Source of the DNA: Guyparkeria sp. | GTDB lineage: Bacteria; Pseudomonadota; Gammaproteobacteria; Halothiobacillales; Halothiobacillaceae | Reading direction: 5' to 3' | Length of the DNA stretch: 64,000 nucleotides | Assembly (NCBI RefSeq): GCF_046540515.1 | Contig: NZ_JBKHFB010000001.1 | Span: 2,591-66,590, forward strand | Shown: positions 47,639 through 58,535 of the stretch, one piece after another | How the letters are laid out: the number at the start of each line of letters is the position of its first letter | Position numbering within the stretch: position 1 is the first letter of the stretch | Notes under the pieces: generated by a model | What the model was told of the DNA's origin: nothing | What the model saw: the letters and a program-made list of their open reading frames with translations, nothing else | Database searches by the model: none | Made by a program: the position numbers and the translations under genes

Positions 47639-48811
47639 TCAGGTCGACGGTTGCAGTCGACGGATCAGCCATTCGGGGGGCTGGGCGATTTTTCCCAGAC
47701 AGTATCGGGCGGCCCGATCGATTACGCCGTGTTCGTGATAAAGCCCTTCCTTCTCCGCCCAGTCGCGGACATCTCCCTCCGGAATGCCGTGGTGCTTGGC
47801 GACGCTGATCAGCTGGACCACACCGTCCCGATGCCACTTGGCCTGGGAGGCGCTCTTCTCCTCCTGGCTCTCGGCCACGGCCACCGAGGCGGCGGCGATC
47901 AGCGGCGCCCCTTCCGCCCGGCGCGTCTCCTCGCTAGCCAGCAAACGGGCGGCCAGCGGGCAGGTCACCTCGGCCGGGGCCCGCAGGGCGAGGGCCGCCG
48001 TGAAGGCCAGCAGCAACCGGTCCGGATCGTGGCCGGCCTCGTCGACCAGACGGTTGAGTACGGTGCGATAGTCGCCGGCCTCGATCATCAGGGCCATGCC
48101 GCGTTCACGCATCTCGGGCCTCAGGTGGTCGCCCAGGCCGTCGAGTACCCGTCGCCATAGCCCGAGGCGTGGCTCGCCGCCGGTGTCCAGGTGGGGCGAG
48201 AGGATCTCGAGTGCCTCCTCGGCTCCCCCTTGTTCCACCAGTTGCTCGATCAGCATGTCGGCCGCCTGTTCCAGCCAGACCGGATCGTCGCAGCGCGCCG
48301 CGGTCTCCACCGCCTCGGTGAGCGGCCGGATCGCCTTGAACAGGCTGCCCTGCTGGCGTAGCAGGGTGGCCAGATCCAGTTGCGCCTGGACGGCGATCTC
48401 GGCCGGAAGCATCGAGAACTCCGGGTGGTCGACGAGCTCGCGAAGGCGCCCGATTGCCTCGCCGCTCTGGCCGCGGGCGGCCAGAGCGAGGGCCAGGGTG
48501 TGAGTGAGCCCCGGGTCCCGGGATTCGGCCAGCAGTGCCTCGGCCAGCGCAGTTGCCTCCTCGAGCCGGCCCTCCCCGATCAGGCTCACCGCGAGGGCGT
48601 CGCCGATCTCGAAGCGGCGCGGATCGTGGCAGTGGCGCATCCAGTCGAGCAGCCAGGGCAGTTCCTCGCGGTCGAGCGTGTCGGTTTGCCAGGCATTCCG
48701 GTAGTACCAGTCGATCACGGCGCGCGCCCGGTCGCAGTCGACGGCGCTGGCGGCCGGTTCGGCCATCTGGGCGTGCAGGGTGTCGAGGGACGAGGGGAGC
48801 GATTCGGGCAT
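47639..48811 (-). CDS. Hypothetical all-helical (TPR-like) protein
   Basis: 390 aa with TPR-like patterns (LA.SL..EGRLEEA..L; LA.AL..RGQ.GEA..RL); ends at a terminator. Confidence 0.75.
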   Translation of the reverse strand: MPESLPSSLDTLHAQMAEPAASAVDCDRARAVIDWYYRNAWQTDTLDREELPWLLDWMRHCHDPRRFEIGDALAVSLIGEGRLEEATALAEALLAESRDPGLTHTLALALAARGQSGEAIGRLRELVDHPEFSMLPAEIAVQAQLDLATLLRQQGSLFKAIRPLTEAVETAARCDDPVWLEQAADMLIEQLVEQGGAEEALEILSPHLDTGGEPRLGLWRRVLDGLGDHLRPEMRERGMALMIEAGDYRTVLNRLVDEAGHDPDRLLLAFTAALALRAPAEVTCPLAARLLASEETRRAEGAPLIAAASVAVAESQEEKSASQAKWHRDGVVQLISVAKHHGIPEGDVRDWAEKEGLYHEHGVIDRAARYCLGKIAQPPEWLIRRLQPST

Positions 48812-48906
48812 GGTTGGGCTCGAGACGGGAGTGTGATCGGAACGGTTGTGACGGTCGAAGTCTACCCGACTCCCCGTCCAATGACGGGGTGCGAATCACG
48901 CTCGTC

Positions 48907-48934
48907 TCGACACGGCCTCTCGTTTCTTTATACT
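48907..48934 (+). promoter_or_regulatory. sigma70 promoter of rnpB
   Basis: TCGACA-16-TATACT, ending 8 nt before the RNA 5' end. Confidence 0.65.
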
Positions 48935-48942
48935 CCGCCGCC

Positions 48943-49296
<354 letters not shown>

Positions 49297-49564
49297 CCCC
49301 ATTTCCTGTTGCCGACGGAACGGCTCCCGTTTCCCTGGGACCCGTCGGCACGGCGGTAATGCTCGATCCTTCCGCGCGCACCCGTATTTTCCCCCACTTT
49401 CCCCCACCGGCACTCGAGTGCGGCCGGGATGCGGCCCCGCGTATCCTCGTGCGCTTTGTTATCTATGCGCGGTAACCCTCTGTTTTTATCTGAAAACACA
49501 TCCACACTTTCCCATTGTTTGTTGGCTAACTCCTTGTGGTCAAAAGAAAAATCCCGGCTATTTC

Positions 49565-49634
49565 TTGATCGCCCAGATGGGTGGGGCTATAGTGCGCGCA
49601 GGTGTAGAAAAGTGGGAAAAAGTGGGAAAAAGTG
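49565..49634 (+). promoter_or_regulatory. dcw promoter and MraZ operator repeats
   Basis: TTGATC-17-TATAGT (49565-49593), then 10-nt periodic GTGTA/GTGGG/GTGGG/GTGTT at 49602, 49612, 49622 and 49632. Confidence 0.85.
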
Positions 49635-50084
49635 TTCCGGGGCATCACCAACCTGAATCTCGACGCCAAAGGACGCCTGGCCATGCCCACGCGTCACCGG
49701 GAGGCGTTTGCCCAGGATGACAACCAGCTGATCCTCACCATCGATACCCAGGAGCACTGCCTCCTTATCTACCCGCTGGCGACCTGGCTCGAGATCGAGA
49801 AGCAGATCGATGCCCTGCCGTCGTTCAACAAGACCGCCAACCGCATCAAGCGGATGCTGATCGGTCACGCCACTCAGGTGGAATTCGATTCCGCCGGACG
49901 CATCGTCATTCCCCCCGCACTGCGCGCCCACGCGAAGCTGGAGAAGCCGGCCGTGCTGGTCGGGCAGGGCAAGAAGCTCGAGCTCTGGTCGCAGCCGCTG
50001 TGGAACCAGATGACCGAGGAATTCCTCGACCAGTCGGACGAGGACGACCAGTTGCCCAGTGCCCTGGAGACCCTGTCCTTATGA
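49632..50084 (+). CDS. mraZ: Division/cell wall cluster transcriptional repressor
   Basis: MFRG.....LDAKGRLAMP, LLIYP...W, DSAGRI.IP..LR, ELW. Confidence 0.96.
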   Translation: MFRGITNLNLDAKGRLAMPTRHREAFAQDDNQLILTIDTQEHCLLIYPLATWLEIEKQIDALPSFNKTANRIKRMLIGHATQVEFDSAGRIVIPPALRAHAKLEKPAVLVGQGKKLELWSQPLWNQMTEEFLDQSDEDDQLPSALETLSL

Positions 50085-51004
50085 CGGTCGATGCCGCCCA
50101 TGACACGGTATTGCGCGACGAGGCGGTCGACTGCCTGGTCATCGACCCGGCCGGCACCTACGTCGATGGCACCTTCGGCCGAGGTGGCCACAGTCGTGCG
50201 ATTCTCGCCAGACTGTCGCCCCAGGGGCGCCTGGTGAGTTTCGATCGTGATGCCGAGGCGGCCGAGTACGCCGCCCGGCTGGCCGCCGAGGACCCGCGCT
50301 TCTCCTTTATCAAGTCGGCATTCTCCGGCTGGGGCGAGGCCCTGGCCGCGCACGGCGTCGACCAGCCGGTCAATGGCGTGATGTTCGATCTGGGCGTGTC
50401 CTCGCCGCAGCTCGACCAGGCCGAGCGCGGCTTTTCCTTCCGATTCGACGGTCCGCTGGACATGCGGATGGATCAGAGCCAGGGGCCATCGGCGGCCGAC
50501 TGGCTGGCGGTTGCCGAGGAAGAGGAAATCCGTGACGTGCTGTTCCGCCTGGGCGAGGAGCGCTTCGCCCGCCGGATTGCCGCCGGTATCGTCGCCCGCC
50601 GCGAGCAGGCCCCCCTGACGCGCACGAGCGAGCTGGTCGACTGCGTGGTCGCCGCCATCCCGAAGCGCGATCCCAACAAGCACCCGGCCACGCGCACCTT
50701 CCAGGCCATCCGCCTGTACATCAACAAGGAGCTCGACGAGATCACCCAGGCGCTCGAGCAGGCCCTTGCGTATCTCGCGCCTGGCGGCCGGCTGGTGGTG
50801 ATCAGTTTCCATTCTCTCGAGGATCGCATCGTCAAGCGGTTCATCCGTGATCACAGCACCGCCGGCAAGGATTTCTTCGGCAACCCGGTCGGCAAGGTGG
50901 CGCTGAAGAAGGTCGGCAAGGCCATCCGGGCCAATCGTGAGGAAACCGCCAGGAACCCGCGGGCGCGCAGCGCGATCATGCGAGTCGCGGAGCGGGCGGC
51001 ATGA
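50081..51004 (+). CDS. rsmH: 16S rRNA m4C1402 methyltransferase
   Basis: DGTFGRGGHS, DLGVSSPQLD, GPLDMRMD, HPATRTFQAIR, ISFHSLEDR, NPRARSA. Confidence 0.97.
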   Translation: MTVDAAHDTVLRDEAVDCLVIDPAGTYVDGTFGRGGHSRAILARLSPQGRLVSFDRDAEAAEYAARLAAEDPRFSFIKSAFSGWGEALAAHGVDQPVNGVMFDLGVSSPQLDQAERGFSFRFDGPLDMRMDQSQGPSAADWLAVAEEEEIRDVLFRLGEERFARRIAAGIVARREQAPLTRTSELVDCVVAAIPKRDPNKHPATRTFQAIRLYINKELDEITQALEQALAYLAPGGRLVVISFHSLEDRIVKRFIRDHSTAGKDFFGNPVGKVALKKVGKAIRANREETARNPRARSAIMRVAERAA

Positions 51005-51261
51005 GGGCGCTCAACGTCTTCCTGTCGGCATTCGCGGTGGCCAGCGCGCTGGCGGTGGTCGTCCTGGTGGCCGAGGATCGGCGCCTGACCCAGCAGCTCG
51101 CGGTGGCTCGCGACGGTGTCGAACGCCTTGAAGGCACCTACGCGGAGTTGCAGCTCGAGGAGGGCACCCTGACCGCCCAGGGTCGGATCGAGCGCATCGC
51201 CACCGAGGAGCTCGGCATGCTCCCGCCGAATGAAGACCAGATCACGGTGGTGTTCCGATGA
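51001..51261 (+). CDS. ftsL: Cell division protein
   Basis: TM helix plus coiled coil; L.LEE..L....RIERIA...LGM..P; position in the dcw cluster. Confidence 0.9.
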   Translation: MRALNVFLSAFAVASALAVVVLVAEDRRLTQQLAVARDGVERLEGTYAELQLEEGTLTAQGRIERIATEELGMLPPNEDQITVVFR

Positions 51262-53027
51262 AGGCGGCCTGGGCAGTCATCACCCGGTGGGCCGCCTGGC
51301 TCGGTGTGCGTTGGCGCGCCGGCGTCGTGTTGATGGTGTTCGCTCTTGCCGCCGTGGTCCTGCTGGGCCGTGCGGTGCAGTTGCAGGTTACCGAGCGAGA
51401 TTTCTACGCCGAGCAGGGCGGTGATCGCCACGAGCGCGTCCAGACGATCGCCGCCCATCGCGGCATGATCACCGACCGTCACGGCGAACCGCTGGCGATC
51501 AGCGTGGCCATGCACGCGGTCTGGATCGACCCGAAGATGATTGCCGCCCATCCCGAGGCGATCGATCGGCTGGCCCGGATCCTCGGGCAGCCGGCCGCCG
51601 AGTTGCAGCGTCGGGTGCGCGAGTACGGTTCGCGTCGTTTCCTGTACGTCGCCCGCCAGGTGCGCCCGAGCCTGGCCCAGGCGGTCCGCCAGGCCAAGCT
51701 GCCGGGCGTGGGCCTCAAGCGCGAGTACAAGCGCTTCTATCCGACCGCCGACGTCACCGCCCCGCTGCTGGGGTTTTCCAACATCGACGACGAGGGGCTT
51801 GCCGGTATCGAGCTGAGTTTCGATCAGCTGCTCGCCGGCACCCCGGGCAAGCGACGCATCCTCAAGGATGGCGATGGTCGCGAGATCGTCGATCTTGGCG
51901 TCATTCAGGCCGCGCGCCCGGGTCAGGACCTGGCGTTGTCCATCGATCGTCGTCTGCAGTACCTCGCCTACCGCGAGTTGTCGCGTGCGCTCGAAGAGCA
52001 CGACGCGCTGGCCGGGTCGGCGACATTGATGAACGTCGCCACCGGCGAGGTGCTGGCCATGGCTAGCGCGCCCTCGTTCAATCCCAACAATCGTGCCGCC
52101 ATCGATCCGAGCGTCACCCGCAACCACGCGGTGGTCGACCAGTTCGAGCCGGGATCGGCGGTCAAGCCCTTCACCGTGGCCGCCGCCCTGTCCAGCGGTC
52201 GCTGGCAGCCCTCGGACACGCTCGATACCGCGCCGGGCTACCGCCGCGTGGGCGGTTTCACCATCCACGACCACCGCAACTACGGCACGCTGGACATGAC
52301 CGGCCTGCTGGAGAAATCCAGCAACGTGGGGGCCAGCATGCTGGCCGAGGACCTCGGCGCCCAGACCCTCTGGAACACCTACCGGGGGTTGGGTTTCGGC
52401 CAGATCACGGGGGTTGGGTTCCCCGGCGAGGCCGGCGGGTCGCTCAGCCTGTGGCGCGACTGGCGGGTAGCCGACACGGCCGCGCACAGCTACGGATACG
52501 GTCTTGCGGTGACGCCACTGCAGTTGACGAGTGCCTATGTCGCGCTGGCCAACGGCGGGCAGTACGTCGCCCCCAGCCTGCTGCGGCAAGACGAGCCGCC
52601 CGAGACCCGGCCGGTGTTCGATCCCGAGGTGGCCGACCGCGTGGTCGGCATGTTGCGTTCGGTGGTCTCGCCGACCGGCACTGCGCCCGAGGCCGCCGTG
52701 ACCGGCTTCCAGGTCGCCGGCAAGACCGGCACCGTGCGGCAGCTCGGCAAGGGCGGCTATTCCCGCACCGACTACAACACGGTCTTTGCCGGGCTGGCCC
52801 CGGCGAGCGATCCGCGGCTGGCCCTGGTGGTGGTCCTGCATCGGCCCAACGCCGGGAAGGTCTACGCCGGCGACGTCGCCGCGCCCGTGTTCCAGCGCGT
52901 GATGAGCGGCGCCTTGCGCATGCTCAACATCCGCCCGGACAACCTGCCCGAACTGCCCGCCGGGCAGATCGCCGGCGAGCTGCCGTCCACCGTGGCCAAC
53001 TCCACCCGCACTCGGGAGGCCGGCTGA
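51258..53027 (+). CDS. ftsI: Peptidoglycan D,D-transpeptidase PBP3
   Basis: RGMITDRHGEPLA; SxxK (EPGSAVK), SxN (KSSNVG), KTG motifs. Confidence 0.96.
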   Translation: MKAAWAVITRWAAWLGVRWRAGVVLMVFALAAVVLLGRAVQLQVTERDFYAEQGGDRHERVQTIAAHRGMITDRHGEPLAISVAMHAVWIDPKMIAAHPEAIDRLARILGQPAAELQRRVREYGSRRFLYVARQVRPSLAQAVRQAKLPGVGLKREYKRFYPTADVTAPLLGFSNIDDEGLAGIELSFDQLLAGTPGKRRILKDGDGREIVDLGVIQAARPGQDLALSIDRRLQYLAYRELSRALEEHDALAGSATLMNVATGEVLAMASAPSFNPNNRAAIDPSVTRNHAVVDQFEPGSAVKPFTVAAALSSGRWQPSDTLDTAPGYRRVGGFTIHDHRNYGTLDMTGLLEKSSNVGASMLAEDLGAQTLWNTYRGLGFGQITGVGFPGEAGGSLSLWRDWRVADTAAHSYGYGLAVTPLQLTSAYVALANGGQYVAPSLLRQDEPPETRPVFDPEVADRVVGMLRSVVSPTGTAPEAAVTGFQVAGKTGTVRQLGKGGYSRTDYNTVFAGLAPASDPRLALVVVLHRPNAGKVYAGDVAAPVFQRVMSGALRMLNIRPDNLPELPAGQIAGELPSTVANSTRTREAG

Positions 53028-53028
53028 C

Positions 53029-54546
53029 ATGGCGCGTATGACCTTTCCCGAAATCGGCCTGCGGGAGGTTCCCGTCCTGCGCCATGCCGGTGCCCCGGAC
53101 CGGCGCGTGTGGGCGATCAGCGACGACAGCCGCGAGCTCGATGCCGGCACCATCTTCTATGCCCGCGAGACCCAGTCGCATGATGCCGATCGTTTCGTCG
53201 CCGACGCCCTGGCACGGGGTGCCGCGGCGGTCATCGGCGGGCGGCTGACCCCGGCCGAGGGCGTGGTCCTGCTCGACCGGCCCGAAGAGGCGATCGCCGA
53301 CGCCATCCGCCAGGCCCACGGCTGGGGACACGAGGCGGTGGCGATCACCGCGGTCACCGGCACCAACGGCAAGACCACCGTCAGCCACCTTATCGCCGGG
53401 CTGATCGGCCTCGACGGCAACCCGGTCGGCGTGATCGGTACGCTGGGCTGGGGGCTGTGGTCGGCGCGGTCGGCCTATCGGGCCACGACCAACACCACGC
53501 CCGGGCTGATCGAGAACTGGCATCGGATCGGCGAGCTGGTTCGCGAGGGCGCGCGCGAGATCGTCATGGAGGTCTCCTCGCATGCGCTGACCCAAGGCCG
53601 GGTGGAAGGGCTGCCCATTCGTACCGGGGTGTTCACCAACCTCGGTCGGGATCATTTCGACTATCACGGCGACATCGAGGCCTATCTCGGGGCCAAGGCC
53701 CGACTGTTCGCCTTGCCGAGCCTGCGCCAGGCGGTGCTGAACGCCGACCAGCCGGCCAGCGAGCGGATGCTCGCGACACTCGCCGCCCGCCCGGACGCGC
53801 CCCGCACCCTGTGTTTCTCGCTGACCCCGGCCGTGAGCCTGCCCGACTGCCGCCCCTGCCTGAGCGGTCGGATCGGTGCCCCGGAGGGCGGTCGCATGCA
53901 CCTGACCGTGAGCGGTTTAGGCGAACGCGCCGAACTCGAGGCGGCGCTCGCCGGCCGGTTCAACGCCGAGAACCTGCTCGCCGCCTTGGCCGCGCGCCTG
54001 GTGGTGGGTGAAACGCTCGACGAGCTTGCCGGTCGTGTCGGGCGACTCAAGACCCCGCCGGGACGCATGGAAACCGTCACGGTCGGGCGCGGCATGACCG
54101 TGGTGATCGACTACGCGCACACCGCCGACGCGCTCGAGAACGTCTTGACCAGTCTGCGCGAGGGGCTGCCCGAGGGCGCCCGTCTCGGGGTGGTCTTCGG
54201 CTGCGGCGGTGATCGCGATACCGGCAAGCGCCCCTTGATGGGCGAGGTGGCCGAGCGACTGGCCGACTGGGTGATCGTCACCAGTGACAATCCACGCAGC
54301 GAATCGCCCGAGGCGATCATCGACGCCATCGTCTCCGGCATGAGCGCACCCGACGCGGCCGACCGGCTGATCGACCGTCACGAGGCCATCGCCACCGGCA
54401 TTCGCCGGCTGGCCGAGGGGCGGCCGGGCGACTGCCTGCTGGTGGCGGGCAAGGGCCACGAGACCGGCCAGGAGGTCGGCGACGAGATTCGGCCCTTCGA
54501 CGATCGCCAGGTGGTTCGCGAGCAGGCACGGGAGGTGGGGCCATGA
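53029..54546 (+). CDS. murE: UDP-MurNAc-tripeptide synthetase (mDAP-adding)
   Basis: VTGTNGKTT, MEVSSH, DYAHT, FGCGGDRD, DNPR, AGKGHE. Confidence 0.96.
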   Translation: MARMTFPEIGLREVPVLRHAGAPDRRVWAISDDSRELDAGTIFYARETQSHDADRFVADALARGAAAVIGGRLTPAEGVVLLDRPEEAIADAIRQAHGWGHEAVAITAVTGTNGKTTVSHLIAGLIGLDGNPVGVIGTLGWGLWSARSAYRATTNTTPGLIENWHRIGELVREGAREIVMEVSSHALTQGRVEGLPIRTGVFTNLGRDHFDYHGDIEAYLGAKARLFALPSLRQAVLNADQPASERMLATLAARPDAPRTLCFSLTPAVSLPDCRPCLSGRIGAPEGGRMHLTVSGLGERAELEAALAGRFNAENLLAALAARLVVGETLDELAGRVGRLKTPPGRMETVTVGRGMTVVIDYAHTADALENVLTSLREGLPEGARLGVVFGCGGDRDTGKRPLMGEVAERLADWVIVTSDNPRSESPEAIIDAIVSGMSAPDAADRLIDRHEAIATGIRRLAEGRPGDCLLVAGKGHETGQEVGDEIRPFDDRQVVREQAREVGP

Positions 54547-55997
54547 TCCGGGCCACGCTCGACCAGATTGTCCGCTGGGCCGAGGGGCGCCTGGTCGCGG
54601 ATGCCGATGGCTCACTGCCGGTAGCCGGCGTGGGCACCGACAGCCGAGCCGACTTGGGTGGGCGCCTGTTCGTCGCCCTGAAAGGGCCGAACTTCGATGC
54701 CCATGACTTTATCGACCAGGCGGCCCGACAGGGAGCGGTAGCCGCGCTGGTCGAGCGCGAACAGGCGGATTGCGCCCTGCCTCAGGTCATCGTCGACGAC
54801 ACGCTCGCCGCCATGGGCCGCCTGGCCCGCGGCTGGCGCGAGGCGGTCGATCCCACCGTGATCGGCATCACCGGCAGCAGCGGCAAGACCACGGTCAAGG
54901 AATTGCTGGCGGCCATGCTGGGCCAGATGGGCCCCACGGCCGCGACGCGCGGCAACCTCAACAACGACATCGGCGTGCCGCTGACCCTGCTCGACTGGGC
55001 GCCCGAGACGCACTACGCGGTGGTCGAGATGGGCGCCAATCACGTTGGCGAGATCGCCCGGCTGACCGAGCTGGCCGCCCCGGACATCGTGGTCGTCACC
55101 ATGGCCGGCCGCGCCCACGTGGGCGAGTTCGGCTCGGTCCAACGCATCATCGAGGCCAAGGGCGAGATCTACCGTCACCGTCCGGCATCCGCGCGGGCGC
55201 TGATCAACCTGGACTCCGACGGCGCCGACCAGTGGCTCGAAGATGCACCGCGAGCCGAGACCTTCACCCTGGATCCCGCCCACCGCGAGTGGGCCAGCTG
55301 GCTGGGAGACTACGACGCCAACGGGCATCGGCTCTCGGTAGCGGAACGTGGGCGGCCGCTGTTCGAGCACCTCGCCGTGCCGATCCCGGGGGCACACAAC
55401 GCGGCCAACTTGCTGGCCGCCATCGCGCTGGCCCGGATGGGCGGGGCCTCGACGCAGGCCATCGCCGACGGGCTGGCCGGGTTCCACCCACCGGCCGGGC
55501 GGATGGGTCTGCTGGCGCTCGCCAATGGCTGGCGGCTGATCGACGACAGCTACAACGCCAACCCGGAATCGATGCGGGCCGCTCTGGGGTACCTGGCCGG
55601 CCAGCCGGGCGCGCGCCTTGCCGTGCTCGGCAGCATGGGCGAGTTGGGCGACGAGGCCGAGACCCTGCACCACCAGCTGGGTGAATTCGCGGCGGGGCAG
55701 GAACTCCAGGGGGTGATCGCGGCCGGTCCGGAGGGCGCGGCGATGGCCGCCGGTTTCCGGGCGGCCGGCGGCGCGAGCGAGGCGATCGAGGTAGTCGCCG
55801 ACAGCCACGCGGCGACCGAGGCCCTGCGCCACCGGCTGGCCGGCCTGGAGGGCGAGGCCGTGACCGTGCTGCTCAAGGGGTCGCGTTTCATGCACATCGA
55901 ACGGGTCCGCGAGGCCCTGGAGCGGGAGATCGGCATCGCGCCGGGGACCGGCAACGAATCGACAGGGAGAGGGCGAGATGCTGCTCTGGTTGACTGA
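54543..55997 (+). CDS. murF: UDP-MurNAc-pentapeptide synthetase
   Basis: [45 protein letters not shown]. Confidence 0.96.
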   Translation: MIRATLDQIVRWAEGRLVADADGSLPVAGVGTDSRADLGGRLFVALKGPNFDAHDFIDQAARQGAVAALVEREQADCALPQVIVDDTLAAMGRLARGWREAVDPTVIGITGSSGKTTVKELLAAMLGQMGPTAATRGNLNNDIGVPLTLLDWAPETHYAVVEMGANHVGEIARLTELAAPDIVVVTMAGRAHVGEFGSVQRIIEAKGEIYRHRPASARALINLDSDGADQWLEDAPRAETFTLDPAHREWASWLGDYDANGHRLSVAERGRPLFEHLAVPIPGAHNAANLLAAIALARMGGASTQAIADGLAGFHPPAGRMGLLALANGWRLIDDSYNANPESMRAALGYLAGQPGARLAVLGSMGELGDEAETLHHQLGEFAAGQELQGVIAAGPEGAAMAAGFRAAGGASEAIEVVADSHAATEALRHRLAGLEGEAVTVLLKGSRFMHIERVREALEREIGIAPGTGNESTGRGRDAALVD

Positions 55998-57060
55998 ATG
56001 GCTCACCCAATACGCCAGTTTCTTCGGCGTATTCGAATACCTCACGTTCCGCGCGATGCTTGGCGTGGTGACCGCCTTGCTGATTTCGCTGGCCATCGGC
56101 CCGTTCGTCATCCGCTGGTTGCAGAGCGTCAAGGCCGGCCAGCCGATCCGCGAGCTCGGCCCGCAGACCCACCTTGCCAAGGCCGGCACCCCGACCATGG
56201 GCGGGGCGCTGATACTGATCTCGATCGCGATCTCGATGCTGCTCTGGGGCAGCCTCGGCAATGTCTACGTCTGGGTCGCGCTGCTGACCACGATGGGCTT
56301 CGGCCTGATCGGCGGCTGGGACGACTATCTCAAGCTCTCGCGTCGCAACAGCGACGGGCTGGCCGCGCGCTGGAAGTATCTCGGCCAGTCGGTCATCGCA
56401 CTGGTCGCCGCCGTGTTCCTGTTCACCATCGCCGAGGACCCGGCGGAGACCAGCCTGCTGATCCCGCTGATCCGGGACGCGCTTATCCCGCTGGGTTTCG
56501 GTTTCGTGATCCTTACCTACTTCGTGATCGTGGGTAGCTCGAATGCCGTCAACCTCACCGACGGCCTCGACGGGCTGGCGATCATGCCGACGGTGCTGGT
56601 CGCCGGCGGGCTGGGCGCGTTCGCCTACGTCACCGGCCACTACGAGTTCGCCAACTACCTCGGGCTGCCGTTCATTCCCGGGGTGGGCGAGCTGGTGGTC
56701 TTCTGCGCGGCGATCGTCGGTGCCGGGCTCGGTTTCCTCTGGTTCAACAGCTATCCGGCGCAGGTGTTCATGGGCGACGTGGGCGCGCTGGCCCTGGGCG
56801 CCGCGCTGGGCATCGTCGCCGTAATGGTTCGCCAGGAGATCGTGCTGTTCATCATGGGCGGCATCTTCGTGCTGGAGACCGTCTCGGTGATGCTGCAGGT
56901 CGCCTCCTTCAAGCTCACCGGCCGCCGGATCTTCCGCATGGCGCCGATCCATCACCACTTCGAGCTCAAGGGCTGGCCGGAGCCGAAGGTGATCGTGCGC
57001 TTCTGGATCATCACCGTGATCCTGGTGTTGATCGGTCTCGCAACCATGAAGGTGCGCTGA
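55978..57060 (+). CDS. mraY: Phospho-MurNAc-pentapeptide transferase
   Basis: [38 protein letters not shown]. Confidence 0.97.
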   Translation: MLLWLTEWLTQYASFFGVFEYLTFRAMLGVVTALLISLAIGPFVIRWLQSVKAGQPIRELGPQTHLAKAGTPTMGGALILISIAISMLLWGSLGNVYVWVALLTTMGFGLIGGWDDYLKLSRRNSDGLAARWKYLGQSVIALVAAVFLFTIAEDPAETSLLIPLIRDALIPLGFGFVILTYFVIVGSSNAVNLTDGLDGLAIMPTVLVAGGLGAFAYVTGHYEFANYLGLPFIPGVGELVVFCAAIVGAGLGFLWFNSYPAQVFMGDVGALALGAALGIVAVMVRQEIVLFIMGGIFVLETVSVMLQVASFKLTGRRIFRMAPIHHHFELKGWPEPKVIVRFWIITVILVLIGLATMKVR

Positions 57061-58535
57061 TGAAACTGATCGTCGGCATGGGACAGACCGGATTCTCCGC
57101 GGGGCGCTTCTTCGCCCGCCGCGGCGAGCCCTTCGTCGTCGCCGACACCCGGGGCGTCGATGCCCCGCGGGCACGCTGGATCGAGTCGTTCGGTCCGGGC
57201 ACGGTCTTCGAGGGCGCGATGGGTGCGGCCATGCTCGACACGGAGGCCCTCCGTGGGCTCGACGGCATCGTGCTCAGCCCGGGTCTCGACCCGGCGGCCG
57301 AGCCGCTGGCCGGGCTCTTGGCCGAGGCGCGCCGTCGTGGGATCCCGGTGGAAAGCGACATCGCCCTCGCCCTGCGCCACGCGACGGTGCCCTATGTCCT
57401 GATTACCGGGTCGAACGGCAAGAGCACGGTCACGGCGTTGACCGCCGAGCTGCTCTCGGCGGTGGGCAAGCGCGTCGGCATTGGTGGCAATTACGGCACC
57501 CCGGCGCTGGACCTGCTGGCCGAGCCGGTCGAGGTGCTGGTGCTCGAGGTCTCGAGTTTCCAGCTGGAGGCCTGCGACCCGGCGGCCATCCGTGCGCGGG
57601 CGGCCACCGTGCTCAATATCAGTGCCGACCACCTTGACCGCCACGGCACGATCGAGGCCTACGCCGCCCTCAAGCAAAAGATCCTCGTGCATGCCGAGAC
57701 GGCCGTGATCAATCTCGACGATGACCGGGTGCGTGCCATGGCGGGCGACTGCGAAGGTCGCCTGGTGAGCTTCTCGAGGCTCGACCAGGATCGTGGCCTG
57801 GCGGTGGCCCACCGTTATTACCTGGATGTCGACGGCGAATCGCTCTGCCGTGACGACCAGGTGGTATTCGATGGTGCCCAGGTCGCCCTGCCGGGTGCCC
57901 ATAACCGCCTCAACGCCCTGGCGGCGCTGGCGCTGGTCGAGGCGGTCGTCGGGCGCGCCGCGCTCGAGCAGTCGGCCCTGCGCGAGACGCTGTCGACCTT
58001 CACCGGCCTGCCGCATCGCATGCAGGTGGTCTGCCGCTGGGCGGTCAACGGTGGCGAGATCCGGTTCATCAACGATTCCAAGGCCACCAACGTCGGCGCG
58101 ACCGTCGCCGCGATCGAGGGGCTGGCGGGCACCGGCGTGGACGGGCAGATCGTGATCGTCGGCGGGCAGGCCAAGGGGCAGTCCTTCGACGAGCTGGCCC
58201 GCGTCCTGAAGGCGCATGCCCGCGGCGTGGCGCTGATCGGCGTCGATGCCGACCGGATCGAATCGGCGCTGGACGTCATGCCGGAGGAATCGGCGGGCGG
58301 GCTTTCCGTGGCCCGCTGCGATTCGCTCGAGGAAGCGGTCGCCTGGGCGGCCGAGCTTGCGGCCTCCAACGCGGTGGCCGGCCGGGACGTGGTCGTGCTG
58401 CTCTCGCCGGCCTGCGCGAGCTTCGATCAGTTCAACGGCTACGCCGATCGGGGCGAACACTTCGCGCGGGCCGCCGAGGCGGTCTGCGATGAGCGCGATA
58501 TCCCGGCAACCCTGCCGGTGGAGGTGGCGTCATGA
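57060..58535 (+). CDS. murD: UDP-MurNAc-L-Ala:D-Glu ligase
   Basis: SPG, ITGSNGKSTV, LEVSSFQL, DHLDRH, NDSKATN, LLSPACASFDQF. Confidence 0.96.
   Translation: MKLIVGMGQTGFSAGRFFARRGEPFVVADTRGVDAPRARWIESFGPGTVFEGAMGAAMLDTEALRGLDGIVLSPGLDPAAEPLAGLLAEARRRGIPVESDIALALRHATVPYVLITGSNGKSTVTALTAELLSAVGKRVGIGGNYGTPALDLLAEPVEVLVLEVSSFQLEACDPAAIRARAATVLNISADHLDRHGTIEAYAALKQKILVHAETAVINLDDDRVRAMAGDCEGRLVSFSRLDQDRGLAVAHRYYLDVDGESLCRDDQVVFDGAQVALPGAHNRLNALAALALVEAVVGRAALEQSALRETLSTFTGLPHRMQVVCRWAVNGGEIRFINDSKATNVGATVAAIEGLAGTGVDGQIVIVGGQAKGQSFDELARVLKAHARGVALIGVDADRIESALDVMPEESAGGLSVARCDSLEEAVAWAAELAASNAVAGRDVVVLLSPACASFDQFNGYADRGEHFARAAEAVCDERDIPATLPVEVAS

Noticed and set aside
49602-49636. Periodic GTGGGAAAAA repeats as a CRISPR or microsatellite
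   Set aside because: No spacers; period and location match MraZ operator boxes.
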